From an uncultured Phycisphaerales bacterium (GTDB taxonomy: Bacteria; Planctomycetota; Phycisphaerae; Tepidisphaerales; Tepidisphaeraceae), in assembly GCA_963792535.1 (NCBI GenBank), contig CAWBWQ010000001.1, positions 352,001 to 416,000 on the forward strand: 64,000 nt of DNA, read 5' to 3'. Position 1 is the stretch's first letter. Each line of letters opens with the position of its first letter. Of this stretch, positions 10,444 through 21,166 are shown in pieces. Below the pieces are notes generated by a model. That model saw nothing but the letters and a program-made list of their open reading frames with translations. It did not search any database and was not told the DNA's origin. Made by a program: the position numbers and the translations under genes.

Positions 10444-11124
10444 ATGAAATTCACATACTACGGGCATTCATGCTTCTCCGTTTTTGCCGGCGGAAAAACG
10501 ATACTGTTTGATCCTTTTGTCACGCCTAATCCGTTGGCCGAAGCAATTGATATCGACACTATCAAGGCTGATTACATCATTGCCTCGCACGGCCATTTCG
10601 ATCACACAACTGATTTGATTCGCATTGCCCGGCGAACTGGCGCGAAGGTCCTGGGAAACTGGGAACTGTACCAGTGGTTTAACAAAAACCATCTCACAAA
10701 CACGCACCCGATCAACCCAGGCGGGCAATACACATTCGACTTTGGAACAGTTAAATGTTTCATCGCTCAACACTCCAGCAGTCTGCCCGATGGAAGTTAC
10801 GGCGGCACCGCGTGCGGGTTTGCAATTCGCACTCCCGATGGAAACTTTTATTACAGCGGTGACACCGCACTTACCACCGACATGCAGCTCGTTCCCGACT
10901 GGACGACACTCGACTTTGCGATTCTTCCCGTCGGCGACGGTTTAACCATGGGCGTGCAAGACGCGATCAAAGCATCGCGCCTCATCGGTGTAACAAAAGT
11001 TGTCGGCGTTCATTATGACACATTCGATTTCATCAAACTCGATCACTCAAAAGCTACCGAAGCGTTTCGAGAGGCAGGCGTGGCCCTTCATTTGCTCAGC
11101 GTCGGGAGCGTCACCGAAATATAA
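10444..11124 (+). CDS. UPF0173-type metal-dependent hydrolase (MBL fold)
   Basis: YYGHSCF, SHGHFDH, YSGDT, VHYDTF. Confidence 0.88.
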   Translation: MKFTYYGHSCFSVFAGGKTILFDPFVTPNPLAEAIDIDTIKADYIIASHGHFDHTTDLIRIARRTGAKVLGNWELYQWFNKNHLTNTHPINPGGQYTFDFGTVKCFIAQHSSSLPDGSYGGTACGFAIRTPDGNFYYSGDTALTTDMQLVPDWTTLDFAILPVGDGLTMGVQDAIKASRLIGVTKVVGVHYDTFDFIKLDHSKATEAFREAGVALHLLSVGSVTEI

Positions 11125-11138
11125 TCAACGGAGCGATC

Positions 11139-12365
11139 ATGCATTCTTTCATTACTCATTTCATCCTGGGAACAGCGGCTTTCGCCTGTCTCGGGGCGCT
11201 CGCATCAGCGGCCGCGCAACCGTCGTCGGAACCTCGCGACATAACAATCGTTCTGGTGCACGGCGCGTTTGCCGAATCTTCCAGCTGGGATGGCGTTATC
11301 TCCCGGCTTGTTCCCAGGGGTTATAATGTGATTGCCGTCGCTAATCCTCTTCGCGGTCTCCATAATGATTCGGCCTACGTAAAAACGGTGCTCGAAAATA
11401 TCAAAGGACCCATCGTGCTCGTAGGCCATTCATATGGTGGCTCGGTTATCACCGATGCCGCGGAGGGAATCGCAAATGTGAAGAGCCTGGTCTTTATCGA
11501 CGGGACGGCTCCGGATAGCGGTGAAAGTGCCGCGTCGCTTTCGGCGCAGTTTCCTGGTGGAACGCTCGGACCGGCGCTCGCGACCCCCGTTCCACTGCCC
11601 GATGGCGGGAAAGATCTCTACATTCAAAGGGAAAAGTTCCGATCTCAGTTCGCGGCGGATGTCCCCGAATCACAGACCATGCTGATGTTCGCAACCCAGC
11701 GACCGGTTACCGAAGCCGCGCTGAACGATCCGTCGGGAAGCCCGGCATGGAAGACGATTCCCTCCTGGTTCATTTATGGTGAACTCGACAGAAATATTCC
11801 TCCGGCCGCGCATGCCTTCATGGCCAGGCGAGCGGGCGCAATCGAGACGATCGAGGTGAATGGCGGATCGCACGTCGTGATGATTTCACATCCAGATGAA
11901 GTGGCCAGCCTCATCGAGCGTGCAGCGCAGTATCCATCGAAAGCGTCTGCCATGAATGAACCGCTTCATCCGCCGCTAAAGCCGGCCGCGGAGTTTGCGC
12001 CGACCGAGGATGAATTCAGTCCGGCACCGGTGATCCCGCTCGCCTCGCAGCTTCCCGCGCGACTCGTGGTCGACGCCCCTCGGCCCGAGCAGTTGGCAAG
12101 GGGTTACGTCGTCATCCGATACCGAACACAAAACCTGCGAATCATGCCGGTCTACGGCCCGGCCGCCCGGGATATCCTGCCCCGAATCGGACATCTGCAC
12201 ATTACCGTTGACGACTTTCCATGGCACTGGCTCGATTCAAGCGGCGAGCCAATCAGCATCAACGGGCTTAGCGCAGGACCGCACAAAGTTTTAATGGAAC
12301 TCGAAGATCCGACGCATAAGGTCATCGACAGTTCCACGGTACAATTTGAAATCCCACAGCACTAA
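11139..12365 (+). CDS. Secreted alpha/beta hydrolase fused to a C-terminal DUF6130-like domain
   Basis: LVHGAFA, GHSYGG, GSHVVMISHP; C-terminal YRTQNLRIMPVYG...IGHLHITVDD.PWHW. Confidence 0.8.
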   Translation: MHSFITHFILGTAAFACLGALASAAAQPSSEPRDITIVLVHGAFAESSSWDGVISRLVPRGYNVIAVANPLRGLHNDSAYVKTVLENIKGPIVLVGHSYGGSVITDAAEGIANVKSLVFIDGTAPDSGESAASLSAQFPGGTLGPALATPVPLPDGGKDLYIQREKFRSQFAADVPESQTMLMFATQRPVTEAALNDPSGSPAWKTIPSWFIYGELDRNIPPAAHAFMARRAGAIETIEVNGGSHVVMISHPDEVASLIERAAQYPSKASAMNEPLHPPLKPAAEFAPTEDEFSPAPVIPLASQLPARLVVDAPRPEQLARGYVVIRYRTQNLRIMPVYGPAARDILPRIGHLHITVDDFPWHWLDSSGEPISINGLSAGPHKVLMELEDPTHKVIDSSTVQFEIPQH

Positions 12366-12380
12366 TCAGGAGAATGTCCC

Positions 12381-13136
12381 ATGTCTAAGAAACTAGAAGG
12401 TAAAGTTGCACTGGTCACCGGTGGAAGCAGCGGGCTGGGCCTGGCCTCGGCCAAACTTTTCGCCGCCGAAGGAGCGCGAGTTTTCATAACAGGTCGGCGA
12501 CAGGCCGAGCTGGACGCGGCAGTATCCATGATCGGCAACGATGTCGTCGGCGTGCAGGGCGATATCTCCAAGCTTGCGGATCTCGACCGGGTTTTCGAAA
12601 TCATTCGGCAAAAGGCCGGCCGGCTCGATGTGCTGTTCGCGAACGCCGGCGGCGGCAGTTTTCTTCCGCTCGGGCAGATCACCGAGGATCACTATTACAC
12701 GATCTTCGACAGTAACGTGAAGGGCACTCTTTTTACTGTACAGAAAGCGCTGCCGCTCATGCCCAGGGGAGCCGCGATCGTGCTGAATGGCTCGATGGTT
12801 TCGATCAAGGGGTTTGCGGCGTTCAGTGTGTACGCAGCGTCAAAAGCCGCGCTTCGCTCATTTGTCCGCTCGTGGTCAGTTGACCTGAAAGATCGAAAGA
12901 TCAGAATTAACATCGTTGCGCCGGGCACAGTTGTCACGCCCGGATACAAGACCCAGCTCGGCATGACCGACGAGCAGATTAAGGAGTTCGACGCCCAGGC
13001 GGCGGCAACCACCCCGCTGGGCCGAACAGGTACGCCCGAAGAAATCGCCAAAGCGGTTCTATTCCTGGCGTCTGATGATGGCAGCTACGTAAATGGAATC
13101 GAACTTTTCGTCGACGGCGGCGCTGCACAGGTATAA
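12381..13136 (+). CDS. SDR-family oxidoreductase
   Basis: [17 protein letters not shown]. Confidence 0.92.
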   Translation: MSKKLEGKVALVTGGSSGLGLASAKLFAAEGARVFITGRRQAELDAAVSMIGNDVVGVQGDISKLADLDRVFEIIRQKAGRLDVLFANAGGGSFLPLGQITEDHYYTIFDSNVKGTLFTVQKALPLMPRGAAIVLNGSMVSIKGFAAFSVYAASKAALRSFVRSWSVDLKDRKIRINIVAPGTVVTPGYKTQLGMTDEQIKEFDAQAAATTPLGRTGTPEEIAKAVLFLASDDGSYVNGIELFVDGGAAQV

Positions 13137-13139
13137 ATC

Positions 13140-13751
13140 ATGTCGGATCCACACGAGCCCATTCCCGGATACACCTATGGCACTTCGCAAGTTTGCCGAT
13201 GCCCGATTACGTTGGATCAACTCGATGAATTGCGACTGAGCAGCGGCTTTGCTGCAGAGGACCAGCATCAGTTGCAACTCGCGGGGAAAGTTCTGGCAAG
13301 GCAGACTGCGCAAATCGTCAACCACTGGCGAAGCCAGATCATTGCCAGCATTCCACACCTGGCGAGGCATTCGCAAACGCCGGATAAAAAGCCGATTCCC
13401 CAATACTTGGCGGCCAGTAACCTGCGATTCGAACAGTGGATACTCGACACATGCCTGCGGCCCTACGATCAGGACTGGCTCGACTACCAATTCGAGATTG
13501 CCGTCCGGCATACCAGCAGGAAAAAGAACACGGTCGACGCGGTTGTGTCTACACCGTACGTCCCGCTGCGTGATGTGATGGCGTTTGTCGCGGTCATGAA
13601 CCAGACGATCAAACCGTACCTGGCTGCCGATGGTCAAAGCGCCGATCAGGTCGAACTGATGCACCGCGCCTGGTGCAAGTCTTTACATATTCAGCTGGCG
13701 ATCTGGGCGCGAGCGTACGATGAGCTCGCGCGACCCGGCGACGAGTGGTAA
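13140..13751 (+). CDS. Protoglobin (single-domain globin)
   Basis: IPGYTYG N-terminus, RFEQWILDT, YDQDWLDYQFEIAVRH (proximal His), KKN.VD; matches the remembered Methanosarcina protoglobin pattern. Confidence 0.88.
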   Translation: MSDPHEPIPGYTYGTSQVCRCPITLDQLDELRLSSGFAAEDQHQLQLAGKVLARQTAQIVNHWRSQIIASIPHLARHSQTPDKKPIPQYLAASNLRFEQWILDTCLRPYDQDWLDYQFEIAVRHTSRKKNTVDAVVSTPYVPLRDVMAFVAVMNQTIKPYLAADGQSADQVELMHRAWCKSLHIQLAIWARAYDELARPGDEW

Positions 13752-13805
13752 CTCGGTGACGAACGCCGCCGCACGGCCTACAGTCTGAAGACCGGAGCAT
13801 TGCCG

Positions 13806-14417
13806 ATGCAGGAATTTCCCAGCGACGTTGCGTTCACACCCTCGGTAAAGTCCATTCAGGAATTGAAAGGATCCCGTCGCAGCTACGCTCGCATGGAGCG
13901 CGGCCACGGATGGGAAACAACGGTGACGCCGGAACTGGAGGAATTCCTTGCCGATCTCGACATGTTCTACCTCGGTACGGCGAACGCGCAGGGGCAACCG
14001 TACATTCAGTACCGCGGCGGCGCGCCTGGATTCCTGAAAGTGATCGACGCGCACACGCTGGGTTTTGCAGACTTCGCCGGCAACCAGCAATACATCACCC
14101 TCGGCAACCTCGCCGAGAATTCCAGGGCGTTTATCTTCCTCATGGACTACGCGAACAGCCGGCGTGTGAAACTCTGGGGAACCGCAAAGATTATCGAGAA
14201 TGATCCCGCGCTGCTGACGCGCCTTAATGATCCCGCCGAGCCTGGCACGCCACAGCGTGCAATTTTATTCAGCATCCAGGCCTGGGACATCAACTGTCCG
14301 CAGCATATTCACAAGCGGTTCTCTCAGCGACAGATCACACCGATCGTGGAGGGGCTCCAACAGCGGATACGCGAACTCGAATCAAAGATCGCATCAATGC
14401 AGCGGAACAATTCGTGA
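13806..14417 (+). CDS. Pyridoxamine 5'-phosphate oxidase-like FMN-binding protein
   Basis: FYLGTAN..GQPYIQYRGG.PGFL, DFAGNQQYITLGNL, WDINCPQHI. Confidence 0.87.
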   Translation: MQEFPSDVAFTPSVKSIQELKGSRRSYARMERGHGWETTVTPELEEFLADLDMFYLGTANAQGQPYIQYRGGAPGFLKVIDAHTLGFADFAGNQQYITLGNLAENSRAFIFLMDYANSRRVKLWGTAKIIENDPALLTRLNDPAEPGTPQRAILFSIQAWDINCPQHIHKRFSQRQITPIVEGLQQRIRELESKIASMQRNNS

Positions 14418-14606
14418 AGTACGCGCTCAGGCGTCGAGCAATCCAACCTCTGCGATATCCATTGAGATCCAGGCCGGTCGATCACCAAGTCGCAGCGCGA
14501 CGAACACCTTCTTAGCCAACTCGATCAAAGTCTGGGGTTCAGCCTCTTAGCGAGTTACACCATCCACGGCTGCGGCTCTCCAGAGCGTTCGACGGTAGCT
14601 GAAGCT

Positions 14607-15569
14607 GTGGTGAATTCTGCGACAGTTGTGGTGCTTGAACCCACCGCGCTCGGGACGATGTTCCTCTTAGATGTATATTTCGGGTTTGTGCTTTATGACA
14701 ATATGTCTAACTGGCCATTTAAGTGCTTGGTTTCAGAAAGAACTATCGAAGAATTGGAGAACTATTTAGAAAGCCTGTCTTCCAATAATGATCGCATGGG
14801 ATCTGAACGGTACGGAGGGAAGATTGTCCCGCGAATCATATCGTCCGAGCAGCTCTCCCAAGTCGCCGCAAAACTACGTCCGAAATTGGAACGCCTGATT
14901 GCTTCGGTCAAACAGCATTGCGAAATTGTTCCCGGCTCAACACTTTCCAATATTCCTACCGCCCACCGGGAGGCAATTCGCTGCTTCGGCGCTGCCGGTG
15001 CAGAGTCAGTTGAGATTGCCAAAGCGCGCGATGCCGTTCTGTGGACCGATGATCATGTCATTTCCGAACTGTCAACGATCGAGACCGGCTGCAAATGTAC
15101 TTGGACGCAAATTGCATGCAAAAGCGCCATATTTCGCAATCAGCCGAATATGTATCAAAAGGCGTCAATCTTCCTGCTTTCCCTCAAATATGATCCGACA
15201 TCTTTCAGCTTCGAAGATGCCGTCTGGGCGGCAGAGGAGGCGAGATGGAACACAAATTTGTCACCGTTCGCAGCAGTAATAAAATGTCTTGGACGGCCAT
15301 CTATCCCCATTGAGCAAATACTTGGGCTCGCGACGGTCCTCATGAAAGCTGTTTGGTCAAGTCCCATATATGGTTTACAAGCGACAGACTATACCTTGAT
15401 AATGCTCAGCGAAATCAAGCGCCGAGAGCCGAGTCTTAACAGTATTCGTCACCTCCAGCTCTTCATCGATCGATTATTTGGCCTAAACGTCATTGCCGCC
15501 GCGAACGTTCACAGAGTATTTGATAACTGGCTCGCCGCAAACCGTCAGGGCGGAATTATTATCCCATAA
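14607..15569 (+). pseudogene. 5'-truncated PIN-domain C-terminus, resembling TPR-GreAB-PIN type proteins
   Basis: VVLEPTAL and AVLWTDD acidic PIN-like motifs; frame stays open upstream of the GTG and no RBS is evident. Confidence 0.5.
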
Positions 15570-15689
15570 GAAGAAGCCCCGCTGTGTTGGCGGTTATCGT
15601 TCTGTATGGAGATCCGTATTGGCTGGCTCGTCAAGCCGGTGATGTGGCGAGCAGGCAATGGCAGCGAACTTTCAATCTGAATAAATATC

Positions 15690-17059
15690 TCATGCTGAAA
15701 CGAAACCATAGTGCTTGCCTAGCCAGAGAACACACTCGTCAAATTGGTCCTGCGATGGCTTGATGTAGAATTTCTCGGCGACACTGCGCGGGGCGTGACC
15801 GAGGAAATACTGGGAGTATCGCGCAAAATCTTTGTGGTGGCCGATTAGCGTTGCTGATGTAGCGCGAATTTGCTTCAACGACCGGATGTTCTTTTTGGCG
15901 ATTTTGGAATCGCGGCAGTGTGCGCGATATGCCTTGTCAATCAGGTCCACGTCGCATCCCTTGTAGGTTACAGGGTCAATTTTGTTGTACGCAATTTGTC
16001 CGCCGTCGCTGCTTGTAAATGCTAAGTCGCCACTCTTGTGCGCGTTTTTGCGCAGAAGTTCCAGTGTCAAGGGCCAGAGCTTCCATTGGACCTTTACTTT
16101 CCCGGTTTCGTTTGTTGAGGATGCGCCTCGTTTCTTCTTCCGTTTTGAGCGTATGCGGGTGATGGTGCCTGCGGCGAAATCGATTTCGTTGTTCCTCAAA
16201 TCTCCGACATCCATTGCGGTCATTCCGCAATTGGCCATCAGCAGAAGGTGAACCTTCAATGGTTCTGGCGCGGAGTTTATGATTCCGGCCAGGTTCTTAG
16301 CGTCGAAGACCTTGATTTCCTTTTGCTCGACGTAGATGGTCAGTTCTTTTGAATTGATGTTTCGCGGCAACTCAATCAAGTTTAATTCCCAGGCCCAACG
16401 GATGAATTGTTTGGCAACCTGCAATCGGTCGCGAGCGGCGTAGTCGGTCAATTGGCCGGTCGCCATGTCGTTCACGGTTTTGGCGTGGAAGTCAAAAAGC
16501 GTCATCGCTGTGATGTCTTTGACGGGTCGGTCTGCCCCGACGAATGCCTTGAACTGCTTAAGGTACGTGACCAGATTGATTGCCCGGCCCGCGCTTTTCA
16601 TGCCGGTTACTGCTTGGCTGACTTTGAAGTCCAGAAACTTCTTGACGATGATTTCCATCGTGTCATGTTTCGGGGCGGCAGCAGCGGCCAGCCGGTCGCG
16701 CTCCATCGCAAGCCAAGCCGAAACTTCTGTAGCACCATATCGCTGAAGCTGGGCGTCTTGCTCTTTCCAACCGAGAACCTTCAGCGTTGCGTCCTCTTGG
16801 GTCCGGGCTTCATCGACCATGAGCTTTTTAATGATTCGCAGGTCATCTTTCTGAACTGGCGGGAACGAAGACGCGGCAACTTTTGGAGCATTCTCAAGCT
16901 CTTGGTTTTTCTCGTCCCACCATGCGAGCGAGTTTGAGTAGCCGTCCCAGTCCGTGGTTTTGCCCGGCACTTGATGGGGCAGTAGTAGCGGCGGCCATCT
17001 TTCTTGGCGTACCAACACTGCCGTGGCGGATGCCACGTCATCTTGAACTTGCGAGCCAT
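15690..17059 (-). CDS. Tyrosine recombinase/integrase next to tRNA 3' end (frameshift near 16955)
   Basis: N-terminal MARKFKMTWHPPRQCWYAKKDGRRYY arm-binding-like domain; NCGM, KQIRAT, LGH...FY. Confidence 0.85.
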
Positions 17060-17134
17060 CGTGACCATTTCCCGGTGCATCATTCCGCAGTATGGGCGAA
17101 ACTTATCACCTGTATATGGCCCCGATTCTGGACA

Positions 17135-17183
17135 GAAAGGGTTACAGATTTGGTTACGGCTGTAACCCTCTGAAAGGGTTACA
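17135..17183. repeat. Arm-type integrase binding repeats (GGTTAC x4)
   Basis: GAAAGGGTTACA at 17135-17146 and 17172-17183, GGTTAC at 17152, inverted TGTAACC at 17161. Confidence 0.65.
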
Positions 17184-17222
17184 AACAAAAACGCCGCTAA
17201 CCTCTTTGGTTAACGGCGTTTA
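17183..17222 (-). terminator. Terminator downstream of tRNA-Gly
   Basis: Minus strand AACGCCGTTAACC-aaaga-GGTTAGCGGCGTT followed by a T-rich tail. Confidence 0.75.
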
Positions 17223-17226
17223 AGGA

Positions 17227-17298
17227 AGCGGGCGAAGGGGGTCGAACCCTCGACATTCACGTTGGCAACGTGACGCTCTACCACTGAGCTACGCCCGC
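17227..17298 (-). tRNA. tRNA-Gly (GCC)
   Basis: GCGGGCGTAGCTCAGTGGTAGAGCGTCACGTTGCCAACGTGAATGTCGAGGGTTCGACCCCCTTCGCCCGCT folds as a cloverleaf; CCA not encoded. Confidence 0.97.
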
Positions 17299-17301
17299 GA
17301 G
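17277..17301. repeat. att core, left copy (within tRNA 5' end)
   Basis: Identical to 24785-24809. Confidence 0.92.
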
Positions 17302-17345
17302 CTAAGTCCTTATCTAATCAGGACTTACATTCATGCCAAAACCAC

Positions 17346-17366
17346 TTTTTGCCACTGTTTTTGCCA
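17346..17366. repeat. Arm-type site, left (TTTTTGCCACTGTTTTTGCCA)
   Basis: Same 21-mer at 24725-24745; tandem TTTTTGCCA units. Confidence 0.8.
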
Positions 17367-17428
17367 CCAAAATCGGTGTTTTCGCCAATCTGGGGTATAA
17401 TGCCGTTCACCAGAACGGAGCAAGCAAC

Positions 17429-18722
17429 ATGGCGAAAATTGGCAGAAAGCAAAAACATCATCAATCCGAGACAGAGGGTACCATCGTAGGATTGACCCGT
17501 CAACCGGATGGAAGGTGGCGCATCATCGAAGGGCCGAAGGCAGGGTTTCGATTTACGGAACCGGATGAGGCAAGGGCAATCGCCAAGTTCCGCCAGTTGA
17601 CCACCGGTCAGACGCCGATGGTATGGATCGGCGACGCACCTGCAAAGTCACAGCTACAAGTCACTGACCAGGACACAGCAGCGGCGGGGGCCATCAACGT
17701 CGACCTGGCTGGTAGATCGGGCCTGCCGGAGGATTTTATTTACCCGATCATGCGGGAATTGCTTCTGGCCGATCCTGCCAAGTGCGCCCGCCTCTGCGGA
17801 ATCCCCGCGCTGACAAATCTGCTGCATATGGACACACCAAAGGATGCAATCAGCATCGATGCACTCACCGCCGCTTATGAATTATTCTCGCCCAGCAAGA
17901 GCAAAGCCCGCACGGTGGAGATTTTCAAGCAGATGGCCCGTCGCACGCAAGTCAAGCTGCTGGCAGAGTTGACGGTGGAGAAGCTGGGAGACTACCGCAT
18001 GCACATTGAAGGCGGAAGCACCAACGGCGGTGCGAAGGCTTGGAAATACGGGCAGATCAAAGCCGTGCTGAGTTTCGGATTGAAGGCGGGTCTCGATCCG
18101 ATTCAGATTCGTGCGGCACTGGACCGCGCCAAGATTTTGTGGACGTCCGACAAAGCACCGGACCCCAAGCCCAACCCTATCAGCCGGGAAGATTTTCACA
18201 AGCTGCTGGCAGCATCGACGCAGGCAAACAACTGGCGGGCTTGGTTGTTGGCGGGCTTGAACTTGTGCCTACACATGGGCGAGGTCATCGCGATGAAGTG
18301 GGATACCATCGACCTCGAATCCGGCACGCACGCCGCGATCCGGGAAAAAACCAAGACCGTACGCGCAGGCCGTCCTTTGGCCTGAAACCATCGAAGCATT
18401 GAAGGCGATGCCCAGGAACGGAAGTCCATATGTCTTCCCGTCGCGACACGGAACGAAGTTTAATCGCAACAGCCGGGGCAATATGTTTGGTGAGCTTCGT
18501 GAGCGGGCTGGCGTAGATGCTTCAGTCAGTTTCGATGGCATCAGAGATGCAGCGTACACCGCCGCAGTCAGTGACCCCACGGTCGAAGAAAGATTTGCCA
18601 GGGTCATGGCTGGCCATAAATCGGCTGGCCTGCAAGATCGGTATGTTTTGCGGAACCCCCGATGCACTGCCGGCGCTTGTGATGCAGTCTACCGAGCCTA
18701 TGGACCATTTCCGACCGCATGA
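17429..18722 (+). CDS. Tyrosine recombinase/integrase of the 5'-tRNA element (frameshift near 18365)
   Basis: GGAG RBS; ISREDFHKLL, GLNLCLHMGEV..MKW, REKT, FDGIRD, AGH...DRY. Confidence 0.85.
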
Positions 18723-18759
18723 CACTTCCCGGCGACCTGCCTAGCAACATAACTATCAC

Positions 18760-18790
18760 ACCCCGCCATATAATATGAGCGGGGTTTTTT
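18760..18790 (+). terminator. Rho-independent terminator after integrase
   Basis: ACCCCGC...GCGGGGT stem followed by a T run. Confidence 0.7.
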
Positions 18791-19119
18791 ACGGCGCTGT
18801 GTCTACAGAGTACTCACACAGGTCATCAGCCCTTGATGACTCTGTTTACCACTAAAAAGCCATCGGGCCGCGATGACTATCATAGACCAAAATATATATT
18901 ATTTTGATGAGGCTTGAACGACTTAACTATATGGATTTTCCGCAGAAAACGAGGGTTTTAACTTACTGCCGAACTCGCCTAAAAGTTACTACATAATCGA
19001 CTCGCTTTTAATGCTGGACAAGCTCAGCCTACGAGATACATTGACCGCGCCCGATGGCTGGCGTGTGCTGGTCCGGGGCATAGGTTAGCGGTGAACGCGA
19101 ATAACGAAGGAGTCTGATT

Positions 19120-19443
19120 ATGTTGACGAGTAGTGAAGAGCGACAGTTGAAGGATGGAATAACCGTAGGACAATCTAAGCGGCAAGACGGTGGTACCGAC
19201 CCAGATGATATAGAAAGAATACAAAATGCCCTACGTGAGGACCTATACGCATTTTCAGACCTTCCACAAGGTAGCTCTGCATACACTGCCGGCGAACGAT
19301 TTGCGTTTCTAGTGTTGCCGTCCATCGACGGCGACCGGGTTGCCGCTGCAGATTTCTGGGAAGCAGAGATCGGAATCGGCAATCCGCCTGACGCATTTGT
19401 CGACGGTTATGCAAGAGGCATTTCTGGCCAAGACTGCGAATAG
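19120..19443 (+). CDS. Hypothetical acidic protein
   Basis: AAGGAG RBS, 107-aa ORF. Confidence 0.55.
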   Translation: MLTSSEERQLKDGITVGQSKRQDGGTDPDDIERIQNALREDLYAFSDLPQGSSAYTAGERFAFLVLPSIDGDRVAAADFWEAEIGIGNPPDAFVDGYARGISGQDCE

Positions 19444-19511
19444 CCGGGTGCTGGACTAACTTGCGCATGTCGGTGCGAGTGCCACAACCTAACAGCTTGA
19501 AAGCAAATACA

Positions 19512-19835
19512 ATGAAAACGATGACACATTCGGCAAGCCACTGCCCTCAGCTCCTCATTACAAGTTTCAGTACAACAGTAACGGCACACCTGACAAGCGC
19601 AGCATGGTGCCGATGGGCAGCCCTGTTAGCCCCGCACTGGAAGCTGTGCGGTGTGCATGCCAACATCACCCTGCATCGCGATATCCTTGTCGCCGTGGTG
19701 GATGATGAACCTAATGCAGTGCGCTACGACTTACTCGTCGCAGCACGCCAGGCCCTGGGGCTTTCCGACCCGGAGATGACCCAAGAGAGAACCCTATTAA
19801 CGAGGATGAATGGGAAACGATTTGGGGCGAGCTGA
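19512..19835 (+). CDS. Hypothetical protein
   Basis: ORF co-oriented with neighbours inside the element. Confidence 0.35.
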   Translation: MKTMTHSASHCPQLLITSFSTTVTAHLTSAAWCRWAALLAPHWKLCGVHANITLHRDILVAVVDDEPNAVRYDLLVAARQALGLSDPEMTQERTLLTRMNGKRFGAS

Positions 19836-19917
19836 ACTAGTATGTGGGTGCCAAACTAATCTACTCTTACCCGGGGAAAACTTGCTGCTTTTACCCGATT
19901 TACTTTTAGAGGACGTG

Positions 19918-20385
19918 ATGATCGGCGGGAAACTCTTCCGGAACGTCCGAGGCTTTTACGAGGCGAGCAATGGCAAACGACAAGGAATTTGCGATCGAAA
20001 GAAATATCATCGGACAGCCGGAATTTTACGTCTGGCTAGAAGGGCCGGGATGGTCTGTGCGCGAATAGTGACCGTTACTGACCCGACGATTGACGTCAAA
20101 GAGTTGATGAGGCGGATAGCAGGAAAAAGTCCGGAAACATCGAACAGCGCCGAGATGCTACTGCCATGGTTGGACGAGGGGCAGATTATTTATGTGGAGG
20201 GTGACCGGCAGATTATTGTAGCGAAGTGGACCACTGATTACGGCCAGATGAATGTAGAGACTGACGCGACGGTTTCTTTCGGCGATAATCAAGACATCAC
20301 CACTGCGGACCTCGATACCGCATCAATCCAGGTTTCAGAATTGATGCGTGGACGCATCACACTTAGCCCATTCCACCAAAAATAG
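19918..20385 (+). CDS. Hypothetical protein
   Basis: GAGGA RBS before ATG 19918. Confidence 0.45.
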   Translation: MIGGKLFRNVRGFYEASNGKRQGICDRKKYHRTAGILRLARRAGMVCARIVTVTDPTIDVKELMRRIAGKSPETSNSAEMLLPWLDEGQIIYVEGDRQIIVAKWTTDYGQMNVETDATVSFGDNQDITTADLDTASIQVSELMRGRITLSPFHQK

Positions 20386-20558
20386 ATTGCACCACATAGG
20401 GGGGTGAGCGGAGCGATCCTCCCTACCATCTGGCATCATCCAGCGTACACGCGAGGATGATTCCTGATCTTGCTTACTGGGTTTCTCTAATTGGTTCGTG
20501 CGCAGGTAATATATACTAGCATGCATAATATTGGTCGTGAGGGGAAAAATCGGGGATA

Positions 20559-21128
20559 TTGTCCGATCTTCCATGTATGGGACGCATCACTGGTTCGCGA
20601 GCGCGCAAACTGAAATCGGGAAATGGTGTTAAAGTACACATTCCCCGTGGCGCATCGCTGGACGAGGCCGGCATAGCGGCGATAGCAGACCAGGCGGCAT
20701 ATGTGCTTTCGCGCATCGTTTACCATTCTCGCTCCAACCGTAAATCACCCCGGCTTGTTCCGCTAAATTCCAAACACCTAAAGGCCATGGTCGGGCGTAC
20801 ATGGCCCAATCTTCGAAAGCTGCTGATCCAACATCGCTACATTGTCTGCAACGAACAGTATCGCGTTTCCTCGCGGTCTCAGCGCGGCTATGCGATGGAG
20901 TATGGCCTACACACGCGCTTCGCTGGTTGCCGTTGCAAAATGCATGAGCTACTTGACCGGGGCCTCGTGTCGAGAATCCAGAGAGAACGCCGGCGGCGAA
21001 AGCAAAGCTACCAGGACGATGCCACAATGTGCCACTTGCAGGCCTGCATCGAAAAGCTGGACATCCCCCAGGCTGATGCCCATGCCGCAATAAGAAAACA
21101 CTACCGAGTTGGCACAGCTATACTTTAG
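20559..21128 (+). pseudogene. Basic, probably 3'-truncated DNA-binding/replication-type protein
   Basis: VPLNSKHLK...LI...I.CNEQYRV...GY..EYGL winged-helix-like pattern; very Arg/Lys-rich; abrupt end. Confidence 0.35.
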
Positions 21129-21166
21129 GTGGTTGCTCGAATGCTCACATTCCCTCTAACTATGTA

